Positions 7,708-17,024 of a DNA stretch of 64,000 nucleotides are shown one piece after another. The position numbers and the translations under genes are program-made. Below the pieces are notes generated by a model. It was not told where the DNA came from. It saw only the letters and a list, made by a program, of their open reading frames with translations, and did not search any database. Origin of the DNA: Thauera sp. (GTDB taxonomy: Bacteria; Pseudomonadota; Gammaproteobacteria; Burkholderiales; Rhodocyclaceae); the NCBI RefSeq assembly GCF_024235615.1, contig NZ_JACKMB010000002.1. The stretch is one strand, 5' to 3'. Each line of letters opens with the position of its first letter. Positions within the stretch are counted from its first letter, which is position 1.

Positions 7708-8541
7708 ATGAGCCCCCTGTCCCCTGCACCCGCCAATGCCACGCGCGTTGCGCCGCCGCTCGAGGCCGCGCGCCGCTACCCGCCCAAGCCGGCCGATGTC
7801 TACCTGTTCGGCACCTGCGTGATCGACGTGTTCTTTCCCGGTGCGGGGATGGACGCGATCCACCTCCTCGAGCGCGAGGGCATCCGGGTGCATTTCCCGC
7901 AGGCGCAGAGCTGTTGCGGCCAGCCGGCCTATACCTCGGGCTACACCGACGAGGCGCGCGAGGTGGCGCGCGCGCAGCTCGCGCTCTTCGCCGGCGACTG
8001 GCCGGTGGTGATCCCGTCGGGCTCGTGCGCGGGCATGTTCCGTCATCACTACTTCGAGCTGTTCAAGGACGAGCCGCAGACGCTGAAGCAGGTCGAGTCG
8101 CTGTCCGCGCGCACCTTCGAGCTCGCCGAGTTCCTGCTCGAGGTGTGCAAGGTGCGCTTCGAGCACACCGGCGCGCCGGTCAAGCTCGCGCTGCACACCT
8201 CCTGTTCGGCGCGGCGCGAGATGAACACCCACCTGCATGGGCGTGCGCTGCTCGCGCAGCTGGCGGGGGTCGAGCGCGTGGAGCACGACCACGAGAGCGA
8301 GTGCTGCGGCTTCGGCGGCAGCTTCAGCGTGCGCATGCCCGACATCTCGGGCGCGATGGTGCAGGACAAGACCGCGGCGCTGAAGGGCTCGGGCGCGGCC
8401 GAGGTGGTGAGTGCCGACTGTGGCTGCCTGCTCAACATCAACGGCTGCTTCGAGAAGCAGGGCGACGCCCTGCGCGGCGAGCACCTGGCGAGCTTCCTGC
8501 TGCGCCGCACGGCCTCGGCGGGCACGGGAGGTGCACGATGA
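7708..8541 (+). CDS. lutA: Lactate utilisation Fe-S protein A (LutA/LldE/YkgE)
   Basis: Two CCG domains (QSCCGQPAY, ECCGFGG). 277 aa. Confidence 0.92.
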   Translation: MSPLSPAPANATRVAPPLEAARRYPPKPADVYLFGTCVIDVFFPGAGMDAIHLLEREGIRVHFPQAQSCCGQPAYTSGYTDEAREVARAQLALFAGDWPVVIPSGSCAGMFRHHYFELFKDEPQTLKQVESLSARTFELAEFLLEVCKVRFEHTGAPVKLALHTSCSARREMNTHLHGRALLAQLAGVERVEHDHESECCGFGGSFSVRMPDISGAMVQDKTAALKGSGAAEVVSADCGCLLNINGCFEKQGDALRGEHLASFLLRRTASAGTGGAR

Positions 8542-9977
8542 GCACGCTCGCCGACACCCCCGCGCAGCCGATCGCCTTCACCCGCAACGCGCGCGAGGCG
8601 CTCGCCGATGCGCAGCTGCGGCGCAACTTCCGCGGCGCGATGGATTCGCTGATGGACAAGCGCCGCAACCAGTTTCCCGACGGCGACGAGCTCGAGCGCC
8701 TGCGCGCCTTCGGCAACCGCGTGCGCGCACGCGCGCTGTCGAAGCTGCCCGACCTGCTCGAGCGCCTCGAGGCCAATCTCGCCCGCAATGGCGTGCAGGT
8801 GCACTGGGCGGAGACGGTGGAGGAGGCCAACGCCATCGTGCACGGCATCGCCGAACGCCATGCGGCGAAGAAGGTGATCAAGGGCAAGTCCATGGTGTCC
8901 GAGGAGATGGAGATGAACCATTACCTCGGCGCGCGCGGCGTCGACTGCCTCGAGTCGGACATGGGCGAGTTCATCGTGCAGCTGCGCGAGGAGAAGCCCT
9001 CGCACATCATCATGCCGGCGATCCACCTCAACGCCGGCCAGGTCGCCAGGCTGTTCCACGACAAGCTCGACGTCGACTACACCGAGGACGTCGACCGCCT
9101 GATCCAGATCGGGCGCGAGACGCTGCGGCGCAACTTCTTCGAGGCCGACATCGGCGTCTCGGGGGTGAACTTCGCGATCGCCGAGACCGGCACGCTGCTG
9201 CTGGTGGAAAACGAGGGCAACGGCCGCATGTCGACCACGGTGCCGCCGGTGCACATTGCCGTCACCGGCATCGAGAAGGTGGTCGAGAACCTGCGCGACG
9301 TGATCCCGCTGCTGTCGCTGCTGACGCGCTCGGCCACCGGCCAGCCGATCACCACCTACGTCAACATGATCTCCGGCCCGCGCAAGGCCGACGAGCTCGA
9401 CGGCCCGCAGGAGGTCCACCTGGTGCTGCTCGACAACGGCCGCAGCCAGGCCTTCGCCGACGGGGAGCTGCGCCAGACGCTCAACTGCATCCGCTGCGGC
9501 GCGTGCATGAACCACTGCCCGGTGTATACGCGGATCGGCGGCCACGCCTACGGCACGGTGTATCCGGGGCCGATCGGCAAGATCGTCACCCCGCACATGC
9601 TCGGCCTGGAGACCACCCGCGACCTGCCCACGGCCTCGTCGATGTGCGGCGCCTGCGGCGAGGTGTGCCCGGTGAAGATCCCCATCCCCTCGCTGCTGCG
9701 CCGCCTGCGCGAGGAGGCGGTGCGCGCGCCTGCCGCCGAGCCGCAGCACATGCGAGGGCAGGGCGCCAAGCACTCGAAGAAGGAGACCCTGGTGTGGAAG
9801 GCGTGGCGCACGCTCAACACCTCGCCGGGCCTGTACCGCGTGGCGATGTACGCCGGCACCCGCCTGCGCGGGCTGATGCCGGCCGACATCGGGCCGTGGA
9901 CGCGCTACCGCAGCGCACCGAAGCCGGCCGCCCGCAGCCTGCACGAGCTCGCCCGCGAGCATCTGGGCGCGCAATGA
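8538..9977 (+). CDS. lutB: Lactate utilisation Fe-S protein B (LutB/LldF/YkgF)
   Basis: ATGA overlap with lutA. KGKSMVSEE, CIRCGACMNHCPVY and SSMCGACGEVCPVKI ferredoxin motifs. 479 aa. Confidence 0.93.
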   Translation: MSTLADTPAQPIAFTRNAREALADAQLRRNFRGAMDSLMDKRRNQFPDGDELERLRAFGNRVRARALSKLPDLLERLEANLARNGVQVHWAETVEEANAIVHGIAERHAAKKVIKGKSMVSEEMEMNHYLGARGVDCLESDMGEFIVQLREEKPSHIIMPAIHLNAGQVARLFHDKLDVDYTEDVDRLIQIGRETLRRNFFEADIGVSGVNFAIAETGTLLLVENEGNGRMSTTVPPVHIAVTGIEKVVENLRDVIPLLSLLTRSATGQPITTYVNMISGPRKADELDGPQEVHLVLLDNGRSQAFADGELRQTLNCIRCGACMNHCPVYTRIGGHAYGTVYPGPIGKIVTPHMLGLETTRDLPTASSMCGACGEVCPVKIPIPSLLRRLREEAVRAPAAEPQHMRGQGAKHSKKETLVWKAWRTLNTSPGLYRVAMYAGTRLRGLMPADIGPWTRYRSAPKPAARSLHELAREHLGAQ

Positions 9978-10000
9978 ACGACGCCAGGAGCGAAACCCGA

Positions 10001-10672
10001 ATGAATGCGAAAGAACGGATCCTCGGCAAGCTGCGCGCCAGCCTCGCGGGCACGACCGCGGTCGCCGACGACTACGACATCGGCCTGGTCACCGATCCCT
10101 GGCGCTATGCGGCGGACGAGCGCATCGCGCGCCTGCGCCGCATGCTCGAGGCGGTGCATGGCGAGACCTTGCTGACCACCGCGGCGGAGTGGCCGCAGCG
10201 CGTGCTGGAGGCGCTCGCCGCGCGCGGCATCGACGAGCTGCTGGTGTCGCCCGCCACCGCCCACGGCCGCCGCCTGGCCGAGCACGTGCGCGAACAGGGG
10301 GCCGCGCTGCGGCTGAAGGGCTACGAGCGCGCGGTGGAGGCGTGGAAGGACGAGCTCTTCTTCCACACGCCCGCCAGCCTCACCGGCACGCTCGGCGGCA
10401 TCGCCGCCACCGGCAGCCTGGTGCTGTGGCCGAGCCCGCAGGAGCCGCGCCTGATGAGCCTGGTGCCGCCGCTGCACATCGCGCTGCTGAACGCGAGCGA
10501 GGTGCGCGACAACCTCTTCGAGCTCATGCATGCGCAGCGTTGGACGGACGGCCTGCCGACCAACGCCTTGCTGGTGTCGGGGCCGTCGAAGACCGCCGAC
10601 ATCCAGCAGACGCTCGCGTATGGCGCGCATGGGCCGAAAGAGCTGCTGGTGCTGGTGATCGAGGACGCCTGA
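10001..10672 (+). CDS. lutC: Lactate utilisation protein C (LutC/LldG/YkgG)
   Basis: C-terminal SGPSKTADIQQTLAYGAHGP LUD motif. Alternative in-frame start at 9974. Confidence 0.9.
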   Translation: MNAKERILGKLRASLAGTTAVADDYDIGLVTDPWRYAADERIARLRRMLEAVHGETLLTTAAEWPQRVLEALAARGIDELLVSPATAHGRRLAEHVREQGAALRLKGYERAVEAWKDELFFHTPASLTGTLGGIAATGSLVLWPSPQEPRLMSLVPPLHIALLNASEVRDNLFELMHAQRWTDGLPTNALLVSGPSKTADIQQTLAYGAHGPKELLVLVIEDA

Positions 10673-10726
10673 GCGTCGCGTGCCGCCGCGCTTTCGAGGC
10701 GCCACCGCGCTTGCTCGAGCGCCGAT

Positions 10727-11036
10727 TTCGCAGCTGCCGCAGCTCCTACAGGCGGGGCCGGGACGCGCGGCGGCGGGGACGCGCGGTGGTGTGTGTGGGA
10801 GCGCCGGGACGCGCGGTGGTTTCTGTAGGAGCGCCGGCAGGCGCGAATGCGGCGGTGAAGCCCTGCACGCGCGTCCATCGCCGGACCGTCGGGTTCGCAG
10901 CTGCCGCAGCTCCTACGGGCGCGGCCCGGACGCGCGGCGGTTCATGCGGAAGCGCGGGGACGCGCGGTGGGGGGTGTGGGAGCGCGGGGACGCGCGGTGG
11001 TTTCTGTAGGAGCGCCGGCAGGCGCGAATGCGGCGG
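10727..11036. repeat. REP/BIME-like cluster: two inverted REP doublets with internal short tandem repeats
   Basis: REP-A (revcomp GTAGGAGCTGCGGCAGCTGCGAA) at 10727-10750 and 10894-10916. REP-B (TGTAGGAGCGCCGGCAGGCGCGAAT) at 10824-10848 and 11005-11029. GGACGCGCGG occurs three times per unit. Lies between the convergent lutC and pat genes. Confidence 0.8.
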
Positions 11037-11088
11037 CTTGATCCACCCTGGGCGTAGATCTTTGGCGCGCAGCCCCGGTGTCCGCCCC

Positions 11089-13794
11089 TCACGCCTCCGA
11101 CGGCGGGCGCAGCTCGAAGATCGCCCGCACCACCCCAGGCTCCTCCGAGGCCTTGAGCTTGAAGCCGAGGTGCTTCAATAGCCCGAGCATCGGCTCGTTT
11201 TCGCCCATCACCTCGCCGACGAGGCGCTGGATGCCGATCTCGCGCGCGTAGCGCACCAGCTTGTCCATCAGGATCGAGCCCAGGCGCTGGCGCTTGAGGT
11301 CGGAGCGGATGACGAGGGCGAACTCGGCGGTGTGGTTGTCCGGGTCGGCCACCGCGCGCGACACGCCCAGGGTCTCGGGCTTGCCGTCGGGGCCGGTGGC
11401 GGTGGCGATGAAGGCCATCTCGCGGTCGTAGTCGATCTGCGTCAGGCGCGCCATCTCGCGGCGCGGAAACTCGGGGATGTAGTTGAAGAAGCGGTAGATG
11501 AAGTCCTCGCGGGTGAGGCGCGAAAGGAAGGCGTAGTGCGCCGGCTCGTCCTCGGGGCGGATCGGGCGCAGCAGGATCGGGCGGCCGTCGCGCAGCTGCG
11601 AGGGCTCCTCGAGCGCCTTCGGATAGGGCTGGATGGCCAGCCGGTGCTCGTGGGCGGTGGCCGGGCGCAGGCGCATGTGGGCGTCGAGGGCCTGCACGCC
11701 GTGCTCGTCGACAAACACCGGGTTGATGTCCATCTCGTGGATCTCGGGATGGTCGACGACGATCTGCGAGACCTTGGTGAGGGTGAGCGCGAGCGCGTCG
11801 CGGTCGGCCGCGGGCAGGTGGCCGCGCGCCTCGAGCAGCGCCGCCGCCTTGCTGCGGGCGATGAGATCGTCGGCGAGCGGCTTGTTGAGCGGCGGCAGGC
11901 CGACTGCGAGGCCGCGGAAGATCTCCAGCGCGCGGCCGCCCTCGCCGAACACGATCACCGGTCCGAACAGGCGGTCGGTGCTGACGCCGATCAGCAGCTG
12001 GCGCGCATGGCCGCGCATCACCATGCGCTGCACGGTGAAGCCGCTCACCGACACCGGCGGCTCGGCGCGCCCGGCGCGCTCGATCATGCCGCGCGCGGCG
12101 ACCTCGACCGCCTCGGTGCTCTCGAGGTTGAGCGCGACGCCGCCGACGTCCCACTTGCGGCGGATGTCGCGCGACATCAGGGTCAGCGCTACCGGCAGGC
12201 CGATGCGGCCGGCGATCTGCGCGGCCTCTTCCGGGCTGGCGGCGAGGTGGGTCTGGATGACCGGCACGCCGTAGGCCGCGAGCACGTCCTTGGATTCGGA
12301 TTCGGTCAGGCTGGCGCGCGATTCGGCGAGCGCGCCCTGGATCACCGCGCGGGCGCGCGCGACGTCGGGCTTGAACGCCTCGGGTTCGGAGGTCGGGACC
12401 TCCATAAGCACCTCGGAGGCGATGCGGTGGCGGTGCATGTGCAGGAAGGCGCTGGCCGCATGCTCGGGTGAGTCGAAGGTGGCGATGCCTGCGTTGATGA
12501 AGAGGTTGCGCTCCTTCTCCACGCTCTCGTCGCCGACCCAGCAGGTCATCAGGTTGATGCCGGTCTCGCGCGCGGTGGCGATCACCTGCTGCGCGGTGTC
12601 CATGCTGCTCGAGAGCGCGTTTGGAGTGTGGATGAGCAGCACGGCGTCGCCGTCGCGCTCTTCCTGCAGGATCTTGAGCAGGCGCTCGTAGCAGGCCGGC
12701 TCGGAGTCGACGCGGATCTCGAGCGGATTGCGCCCGTTCCAGCCCGGCGACATGAAGCGGCGCAGGCGCTCGATGGTCTGCTCCTTGAGCGACGGCAGGC
12801 TGTAGCCGGCGAGGTAGAGGCTGTCCTCCACCATCAGGCCGGCACCGCCGCCGTTGCTCAGCACGACGAGGCGGTTGCCGCGCAGCGGGCGGGCGCGCAG
12901 CACGGTCTCGGCGGCGCCGAACATCTCCTCGAGCTGGTCCACCCGCAGGATGCCGGCGCGGCGCAGCGCGGCGTCGTGCACGTCGTCGTGGCTGACCAGG
13001 TTGGGCATCTCGAGGAAGAGCGGGTCGGAGACGCCCATCAGCGGGTTGTTGGGCGAGCGCCCGGCCTTGATCGCGATCACCGGCTTGTTGCGCGCGGCGG
13101 CGCGCGCGGCCGACATGAAGGCGCGGCGGTCCTGGATGGACTCGATGTAGAGCAGGATCGCGCGTGTGCCCGAGTCCGCGGCGAGGAAGTCGAGTACCTC
13201 GCCGAAGCCGATGTCCAGGCTGTCGCCGAGCGAGACGAAGTGCGAGAAGCCGACCTTCTTGCGCAGCGCCCAGTCGAGCACCATGGTGCCGACCGTGTCG
13301 CGCTGGGAGACGAAGCCGAGCTTGCCCGGGCGCGCGGCGATCTGCGAGAAGGTGGCGTTGAGGCCGAGCCCGGGGACCAGGATGCCGAGCGTGCTGCCGC
13401 CGAGCAGGCGCATCTCGTGGCGGCGGGTGATCTCGAGGATGCTGCGCTCGAGCGGGCGGCCGTCGGCGCCGAGTGTGGTGTCGAGCTGGTTGGCCATCAC
13501 CATCACCGCGCGCGTGCCGCGTTCGCCGAGTTCCTCGACGATGCGCGGTACGAGCGGGGCAGGGGTACAGACGATTGCCAGGTCGGGCGTCTGCGGCAGG
13601 GCGGCGACGCTCGGATAGGTGAGTACGCCGGCGACCGAGGGGCGCCGAGGATTGACCGGCATGATCGGCCCGGCGAACTGGCCCGACAGCAGGTTGCGCA
13701 TGAGGACGTTGCCCATGCGACGCTCGCGCGCGCTCGCGCCGATCACGGCGATCGAGCGCGGATTGAACAGGCTTTTCAGGTGGCGGAAGCTCAT
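11089..13794 (-). CDS. pat: Protein lysine acetyltransferase (acyl-CoA synthetase-like plus GNAT), Pat/YfiQ family
   Basis: 901 aa. N-terminal CoA-binding fold (LFNPRSIAVIGAS), ATP-grasp-like middle, C-terminal GNAT (RLTQIDYDREMAF, AEFA). Confidence 0.88.
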   Translation of the reverse strand: MSFRHLKSLFNPRSIAVIGASARERRMGNVLMRNLLSGQFAGPIMPVNPRRPSVAGVLTYPSVAALPQTPDLAIVCTPAPLVPRIVEELGERGTRAVMVMANQLDTTLGADGRPLERSILEITRRHEMRLLGGSTLGILVPGLGLNATFSQIAARPGKLGFVSQRDTVGTMVLDWALRKKVGFSHFVSLGDSLDIGFGEVLDFLAADSGTRAILLYIESIQDRRAFMSAARAAARNKPVIAIKAGRSPNNPLMGVSDPLFLEMPNLVSHDDVHDAALRRAGILRVDQLEEMFGAAETVLRARPLRGNRLVVLSNGGGAGLMVEDSLYLAGYSLPSLKEQTIERLRRFMSPGWNGRNPLEIRVDSEPACYERLLKILQEERDGDAVLLIHTPNALSSSMDTAQQVIATARETGINLMTCWVGDESVEKERNLFINAGIATFDSPEHAASAFLHMHRHRIASEVLMEVPTSEPEAFKPDVARARAVIQGALAESRASLTESESKDVLAAYGVPVIQTHLAASPEEAAQIAGRIGLPVALTLMSRDIRRKWDVGGVALNLESTEAVEVAARGMIERAGRAEPPVSVSGFTVQRMVMRGHARQLLIGVSTDRLFGPVIVFGEGGRALEIFRGLAVGLPPLNKPLADDLIARSKAAALLEARGHLPAADRDALALTLTKVSQIVVDHPEIHEMDINPVFVDEHGVQALDAHMRLRPATAHEHRLAIQPYPKALEEPSQLRDGRPILLRPIRPEDEPAHYAFLSRLTREDFIYRFFNYIPEFPRREMARLTQIDYDREMAFIATATGPDGKPETLGVSRAVADPDNHTAEFALVIRSDLKRQRLGSILMDKLVRYAREIGIQRLVGEVMGENEPMLGLLKHLGFKLKASEEPGVVRAIFELRPPSEA

Positions 13795-13930
13795 CGCCTT
13801 GCTCCCCGTGGAGGAATCGCTCGCCTGCAGTTTAATGCACGCTCAAGCTGCATGCATGAACTGAATTGCGGCCTCTTCGGTGAGCACGCCCCGGCGCGGC
13901 ATTCGGCGTCGATGCCGGTGCGTGCGCGGT

Positions 13931-14635
13931 TCAGCCCGCGGCGACGGTATGGATGAGGTAGTTCACGTCGGTGTCGCGGCCGAGCGAGTAGGTCTTGGTG
14001 AGCGGGTTGTAGGACAGGCCGATGATCTCCTGCACGTCCAGGCGCGCATTGCGGCAGTGACGGCTGAGCTCGGAGGGCTTGATGAAGCGCGCGTATTCGT
14101 GCGTGCCGGCGGGGAGGAGCTTGAGCAGGTACTCCGCGCCGATGATCGCGAACAGGTAGGACTTCGGGTTGCGGTTGAGTGTGGACAGGAAGACGTGGCC
14201 GCCGGGTTTCACCAGCCGCGCGCAGGCGGCGACGATGCTGGCCGGGTCGGGGACGTGCTCGAGCATCTCCATGCAGGTGACGACGTCGAAGTGCCCGGGC
14301 AGTTCGTCGGCGAGCGCCTCGGCGCTCATGTGGCGGTAGTCGACCTTGTGGCCGCTCTCGAACAGATGCAGGCGGGCGACGCTGAGCGCCTTCTCGGACA
14401 GGTCGATGCCGGTGACCTCGGCGCCGAGCGAGGCCATGCCTTCGGCGAGGATGCCGCCGCCGCAGCCGATGTCGAGCACCTTCTTGCCGGCGAGCGCGGC
14501 CTTGCCGTCGATCCAGCCCAGGCGCAGCGGGTTGATCTCGTGCAGCGGGCGGAACTCGGAGGCGGGGTCCCACCAGCGGTGGGCGAGGTCGCTGAATTTC
14601 TGCAGTTCGGCGGGGTCGGCGTTGACGGTGTTCAT
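13931..14635 (-). CDS. ubiG: Ubiquinone biosynthesis O-methyltransferase
   Basis: [38 protein letters not shown] and [11 protein letters not shown] motifs. 234 aa. Confidence 0.96.
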   Translation of the reverse strand: MNTVNADPAELQKFSDLAHRWWDPASEFRPLHEINPLRLGWIDGKAALAGKKVLDIGCGGGILAEGMASLGAEVTGIDLSEKALSVARLHLFESGHKVDYRHMSAEALADELPGHFDVVTCMEMLEHVPDPASIVAACARLVKPGGHVFLSTLNRNPKSYLFAIIGAEYLLKLLPAGTHEYARFIKPSELSRHCRNARLDVQEIIGLSYNPLTKTYSLGRDTDVNYLIHTVAAG

Positions 14636-14690
14636 GGCTTCGAAAGTCCTTGCTAGCGCGCGCCGGGTGCACGCGCACCCGGCACAAACG

Positions 14691-14716
14691 AAAAAGCCCC
14701 GCCGAGGCAGGGCTTT
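14691..14716 (-). terminator. Intrinsic terminator of ompA
   Basis: Minus strand AAAGCCCTGCC-TC-GGCGGGGCTTT followed by a T run, 20 nt past the ompA stop. Confidence 0.75.
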
Positions 14717-14735
14717 CGGGTTACCGGCTCGAGGA

Positions 14736-15434
14736 TTACTTGGAGCCGATGACTTCCACTTCGACGCGACGATCCGGCTGCAGGCAGGAGATCTGCGCGG
14801 CGCGACCACCGACCTTGTCGCACTTGTTGCCGGTCACGGGCTGGGTTTCGCCCTTGCCTTCGGTGTAGACGCGGTTGGCATCGACGCCCTTCGAGACCAG
14901 GTAGGTCTTGACGGCGGCGGCGCGACGCTCGGACAGGCGCTGGTTGTAGGCGTTCGAACCCAGGCGGTCGGTGTGGCCGACGGCGAGGATCACTTCCAGC
15001 TTGAGCGACTTGGCCTGGGCGGCGAGCTGGTCGAGCTTGGCCTTGCCTTCAGCCTTGAGGACGGCCTTGTCGAAGTCGAACAGGGCGTCGGCCGACAGCT
15101 TGACCTTGTCGGCGGTGGGCTTCGGCGCGGGCACGGCAGCGGCAGCCTTCACGGTGCACTTGTCGGCGGGGACGATGTCCTTGTCGCAAGCGCAGCCGAC
15201 CGGGAACTCGCCGGCCATCGCGGTCGAGGCAGCGGCGGGGCTCCAGTAGCCGGTGCGCCAGCACAGGCCGGTACCGCTGCGAGCGACGACGTTGCGCGCG
15301 TCGATCACGTAGGGGATTTCACCCTTGCCGGCGACGACGACGTCGTTGACCTGAGCGAAAGCGCTCGGGGCGGACAGGCCGATCGAGGCGATGGCGGCCA
15401 GCATGAGCATCTGCTTCTTGGATTGTTTGATCAT
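14736..15434 (-). CDS. ompA: OmpA-family outer membrane protein (betaproteobacterial OmpA/RmpM type)
   Basis: Signal peptide, CWRTGYW, and the OmpA C-terminal domain ([39 protein letters not shown]). Confidence 0.93.
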   Translation of the reverse strand: MIKQSKKQMLMLAAIASIGLSAPSAFAQVNDVVVAGKGEIPYVIDARNVVARSGTGLCWRTGYWSPAAASTAMAGEFPVGCACDKDIVPADKCTVKAAAAVPAPKPTADKVKLSADALFDFDKAVLKAEGKAKLDQLAAQAKSLKLEVILAVGHTDRLGSNAYNQRLSERRAAAVKTYLVSKGVDANRVYTEGKGETQPVTGNKCDKVGGRAAQISCLQPDRRVEVEVIGSK

Positions 15435-15534
15435 GGTTTCCTCTTTGAAGGGCGAGTCGCCGGAATTGCCACTGAACGAAATGAAGACTGGCGAATCTGC
15501 CGTCTTCGTGTCGGTTTGTACCAGTATATCCAGT

Positions 15535-16893
15535 TCAATTACCGAGCCTAGTTTGCCACATCGACACGAGCCGGAGCAATTCGGTGTCGTTAATATGCAA
15601 CAGCGAGATGCCTTTGTCCACGCGGGTTTCACCCCCGATCCAGACATGAGAGACATTTTCGCGACCGCAGACGTAGACCAGATGCGACACCGGATCGAAA
15701 CAGGGTCGGCATTGCGGTGCGGAAAGCTCGAGGGCGCAAAGATCGGCGCATTTGCCTATTTCGATCGAGCCGATGCGATCGTCCATGCCCAATGCGCGTG
15801 CACCGTCGAGCGTGGCCATGCGCAGGGCCGCGTGTGCCGGCACGGCGGTGGCGTCGAGGCTGCCTACCTTGGCGAGCAGCGCGGCGTGGCGCATCTCCTG
15901 GAGCAGGTCGAGGCGATTGTTGCTCGCCGCGCCGTCCGTGCCGAGGCCGACCGGGATGCCGGCGGCGAGCAGGCGCGGCACCGGCGCGATGCCACTGGCG
16001 AGCTTCATGTTCGAGGTGGGGCAGTGGGCGACGCTGCAGCCGTGGCGGGCGAGGAGCTCGATGTCGGGTTCGTCGACGTGCACCGCATGGACGCCGATGA
16101 GGTTGCTGCCGAGCACGCCGAGGCGGGCGAGGCGCGCGAGAGGCCGGCAGCCGTGGGCGGCGAGCGAGTCGGCGATCTCCTGCGCGGTCTCGTGGATGTG
16201 CACATGGATCGGCAGCTCGAGCTCGTCGGCGAGCGTCTGCACGTGGCGGAAGCTCTCGTCCGAGACGGTGTAGGGGGCGTGCGGGGCGATCGAGAAGCCG
16301 AGCAGCGGGTGGCCCTGCCAGCGGTCGCGTGCGGCCAGTCCCTTGCGCAGGTAGTCATCGGGGTCGCTCGCGTACGAGGTGGGGAACTCCAGCGCGACCG
16401 CGCCCACGACCGCGCGCATGCCCGCCGCGGCGAAGGCTTCCGCCGCGGCCTCGGGATGGAAGTACATGTCGCTGCAGGTGGTGATGCCACCCCGGATCAT
16501 CTCGGCCGCTGCGAGCAGGGTGCCGTCGCGCACGAAAGCCGCGCTGACGTGGCGGCTCTCCGCCGGCCAGATCGCCTCCTGCAGCCAGCGCATCAGCGGC
16601 AGGTCGTCGGCGATGCCGCGCAGCAGGCTCATCGCGGCATGGGTGTGGAGGTTGACCAGGCCCGGGATCAGCACGTGCTGGGGCAGCTCGACCACCTTGT
16701 CCGCGGCGTAGCGCGTGCGCGCCGCGTCCTGGCCGAGCAGGTCGACGATGCGTCCGCCGCGGACCGCGACCGCGTGGTCGGCGAGCACGGAGTCGTGCGG
16801 ATCGACGGGGACGATCCAGCGGGCGTTGATCAGCAGGTCGACGGCTTCGCTCAAGGCGGGCTCCTCGGGGGGCGGTTGCGGGACGGGCCTCAT
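15535..16893 (-). CDS. TRZ/ATZ amidohydrolase, probable 5'-methylthioadenosine/SAH deaminase (MtaD-like)
   Basis: PGLVNLHTHAAM, HIHET, HCPTSNMKLASG and GLGTDGAASNN metal-binding motifs. The exact start is uncertain. Confidence 0.85.
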   Translation of the reverse strand: MRPVPQPPPEEPALSEAVDLLINARWIVPVDPHDSVLADHAVAVRGGRIVDLLGQDAARTRYAADKVVELPQHVLIPGLVNLHTHAAMSLLRGIADDLPLMRWLQEAIWPAESRHVSAAFVRDGTLLAAAEMIRGGITTCSDMYFHPEAAAEAFAAAGMRAVVGAVALEFPTSYASDPDDYLRKGLAARDRWQGHPLLGFSIAPHAPYTVSDESFRHVQTLADELELPIHVHIHETAQEIADSLAAHGCRPLARLARLGVLGSNLIGVHAVHVDEPDIELLARHGCSVAHCPTSNMKLASGIAPVPRLLAAGIPVGLGTDGAASNNRLDLLQEMRHAALLAKVGSLDATAVPAHAALRMATLDGARALGMDDRIGSIEIGKCADLCALELSAPQCRPCFDPVSHLVYVCGRENVSHVWIGGETRVDKGISLLHINDTELLRLVSMWQTRLGN

Positions 16894-17024
16894 TCAAGCA
16901 TGCACGGGCCGCGGCGGACAATCCCGCGTGGCCGGGGGCCGGGGAGCGCACGCCGGCGCCGGATCGTGCAACAATCGCGCCGATGCCTGCCGCCCGCGCG
17001 GGCGCCCGAGCCTCGCAAGACAGC

